Origin: a virus
Taxonomy: Duplodnaviria > Caudoviricetes
Reading direction: 5' to 3' (one strand)
IMG/VR virus record: IMGVR_UViG_3300027764_000031
Coordinates: 1 to 24,413 of that record
DNA: 24,413 bases
Positions 24,265 through 24,413 of this stretch are shown here, one piece after another (position 1 is the stretch's first letter; the number at the start of each line of letters is the position of its first letter). The notes beneath the pieces were generated by a model, which saw nothing but the letters and a program-made list of their open reading frames with translations, was not told where the DNA came from and ran no database searches. The position numbers were made by a program, and so were the translations under genes.

Positions 24265-24298
24265 GCATGCAGTGTCGCAATTTTATTTTCGCTCGCAA
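24265..24298 (-). promoter_or_regulatory. Phage-specific promoter copy 4 (terS)
   Basis: TTGCGAGCGAAAAT (24298-24285); TTGCGA-N16-GACACT-N6-ATG(24264). Confidence 0.7.
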
Positions 24299-24413
24299 GT
24301 GACGCACGCAAATTTTGCTACACTCCGCACGCCATGCCAGCGACCCGCTCACGCAAAGTGACAGAAATCGGCACTTTTCATCTCGAAAATACTCAAACAC
24401 GCGTGTAAACCAT

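Noticed and set aside
264-24361. Numerous plus-strand ORFs and alternative-frame minus-strand ORFs in the track
   Set aside because: They shadow well-supported, tightly coupled minus-strand genes and show no motifs; this is expected in GC-rich DNA.
1-24413. CRISPR array, rRNA, IS element or alternative genetic code
   Set aside because: No spaced repeat array, rRNA-like region or transposase was seen, and genes read intact in the standard code.

Overview
The window is a near-complete, very compact (~24.4 kb) temperate HK97-like tailed phage genome with every credible gene on the minus strand. Read right to left: terS, terL, portal, prohead protease, two paralogous HK97-fold capsid genes, head-tail joining genes, tail tube, frameshifted tail chaperone, a short tape measure, two tail-tip genes, a membrane/lipoprotein lysis cluster with no recognisable endolysin, two Cys-rich genes, a tyrosine integrase, a RecE/SSAP/SSB recombination module, primase-helicase, resolvase, metallophosphoesterase, HExxH peptidase and a terminase-associated HNH cut by the left edge. 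The most unusual region is 7750-7990, inside a long C-terminal extension of the integrase ORF. It holds a tRNA-Pro-like 3' end (candidate attP) flanked by inverted repeats, placed so that integration should turn an in-frame TGT into TGA, truncating Int and cutting the early operon off from its upstream DNA. It also holds a 75-nt strand-specific RNA hairpin whose loop is complementary to an upstream 12-mer. No CI/Cro-type repressor is recognisable. A four-copy phage-specific promoter (TTGCGAGCG-N13-nAnAnT-N6-+1) predicts three leaderless mRNAs. All calls come from reading motifs by eye; no database search was run.
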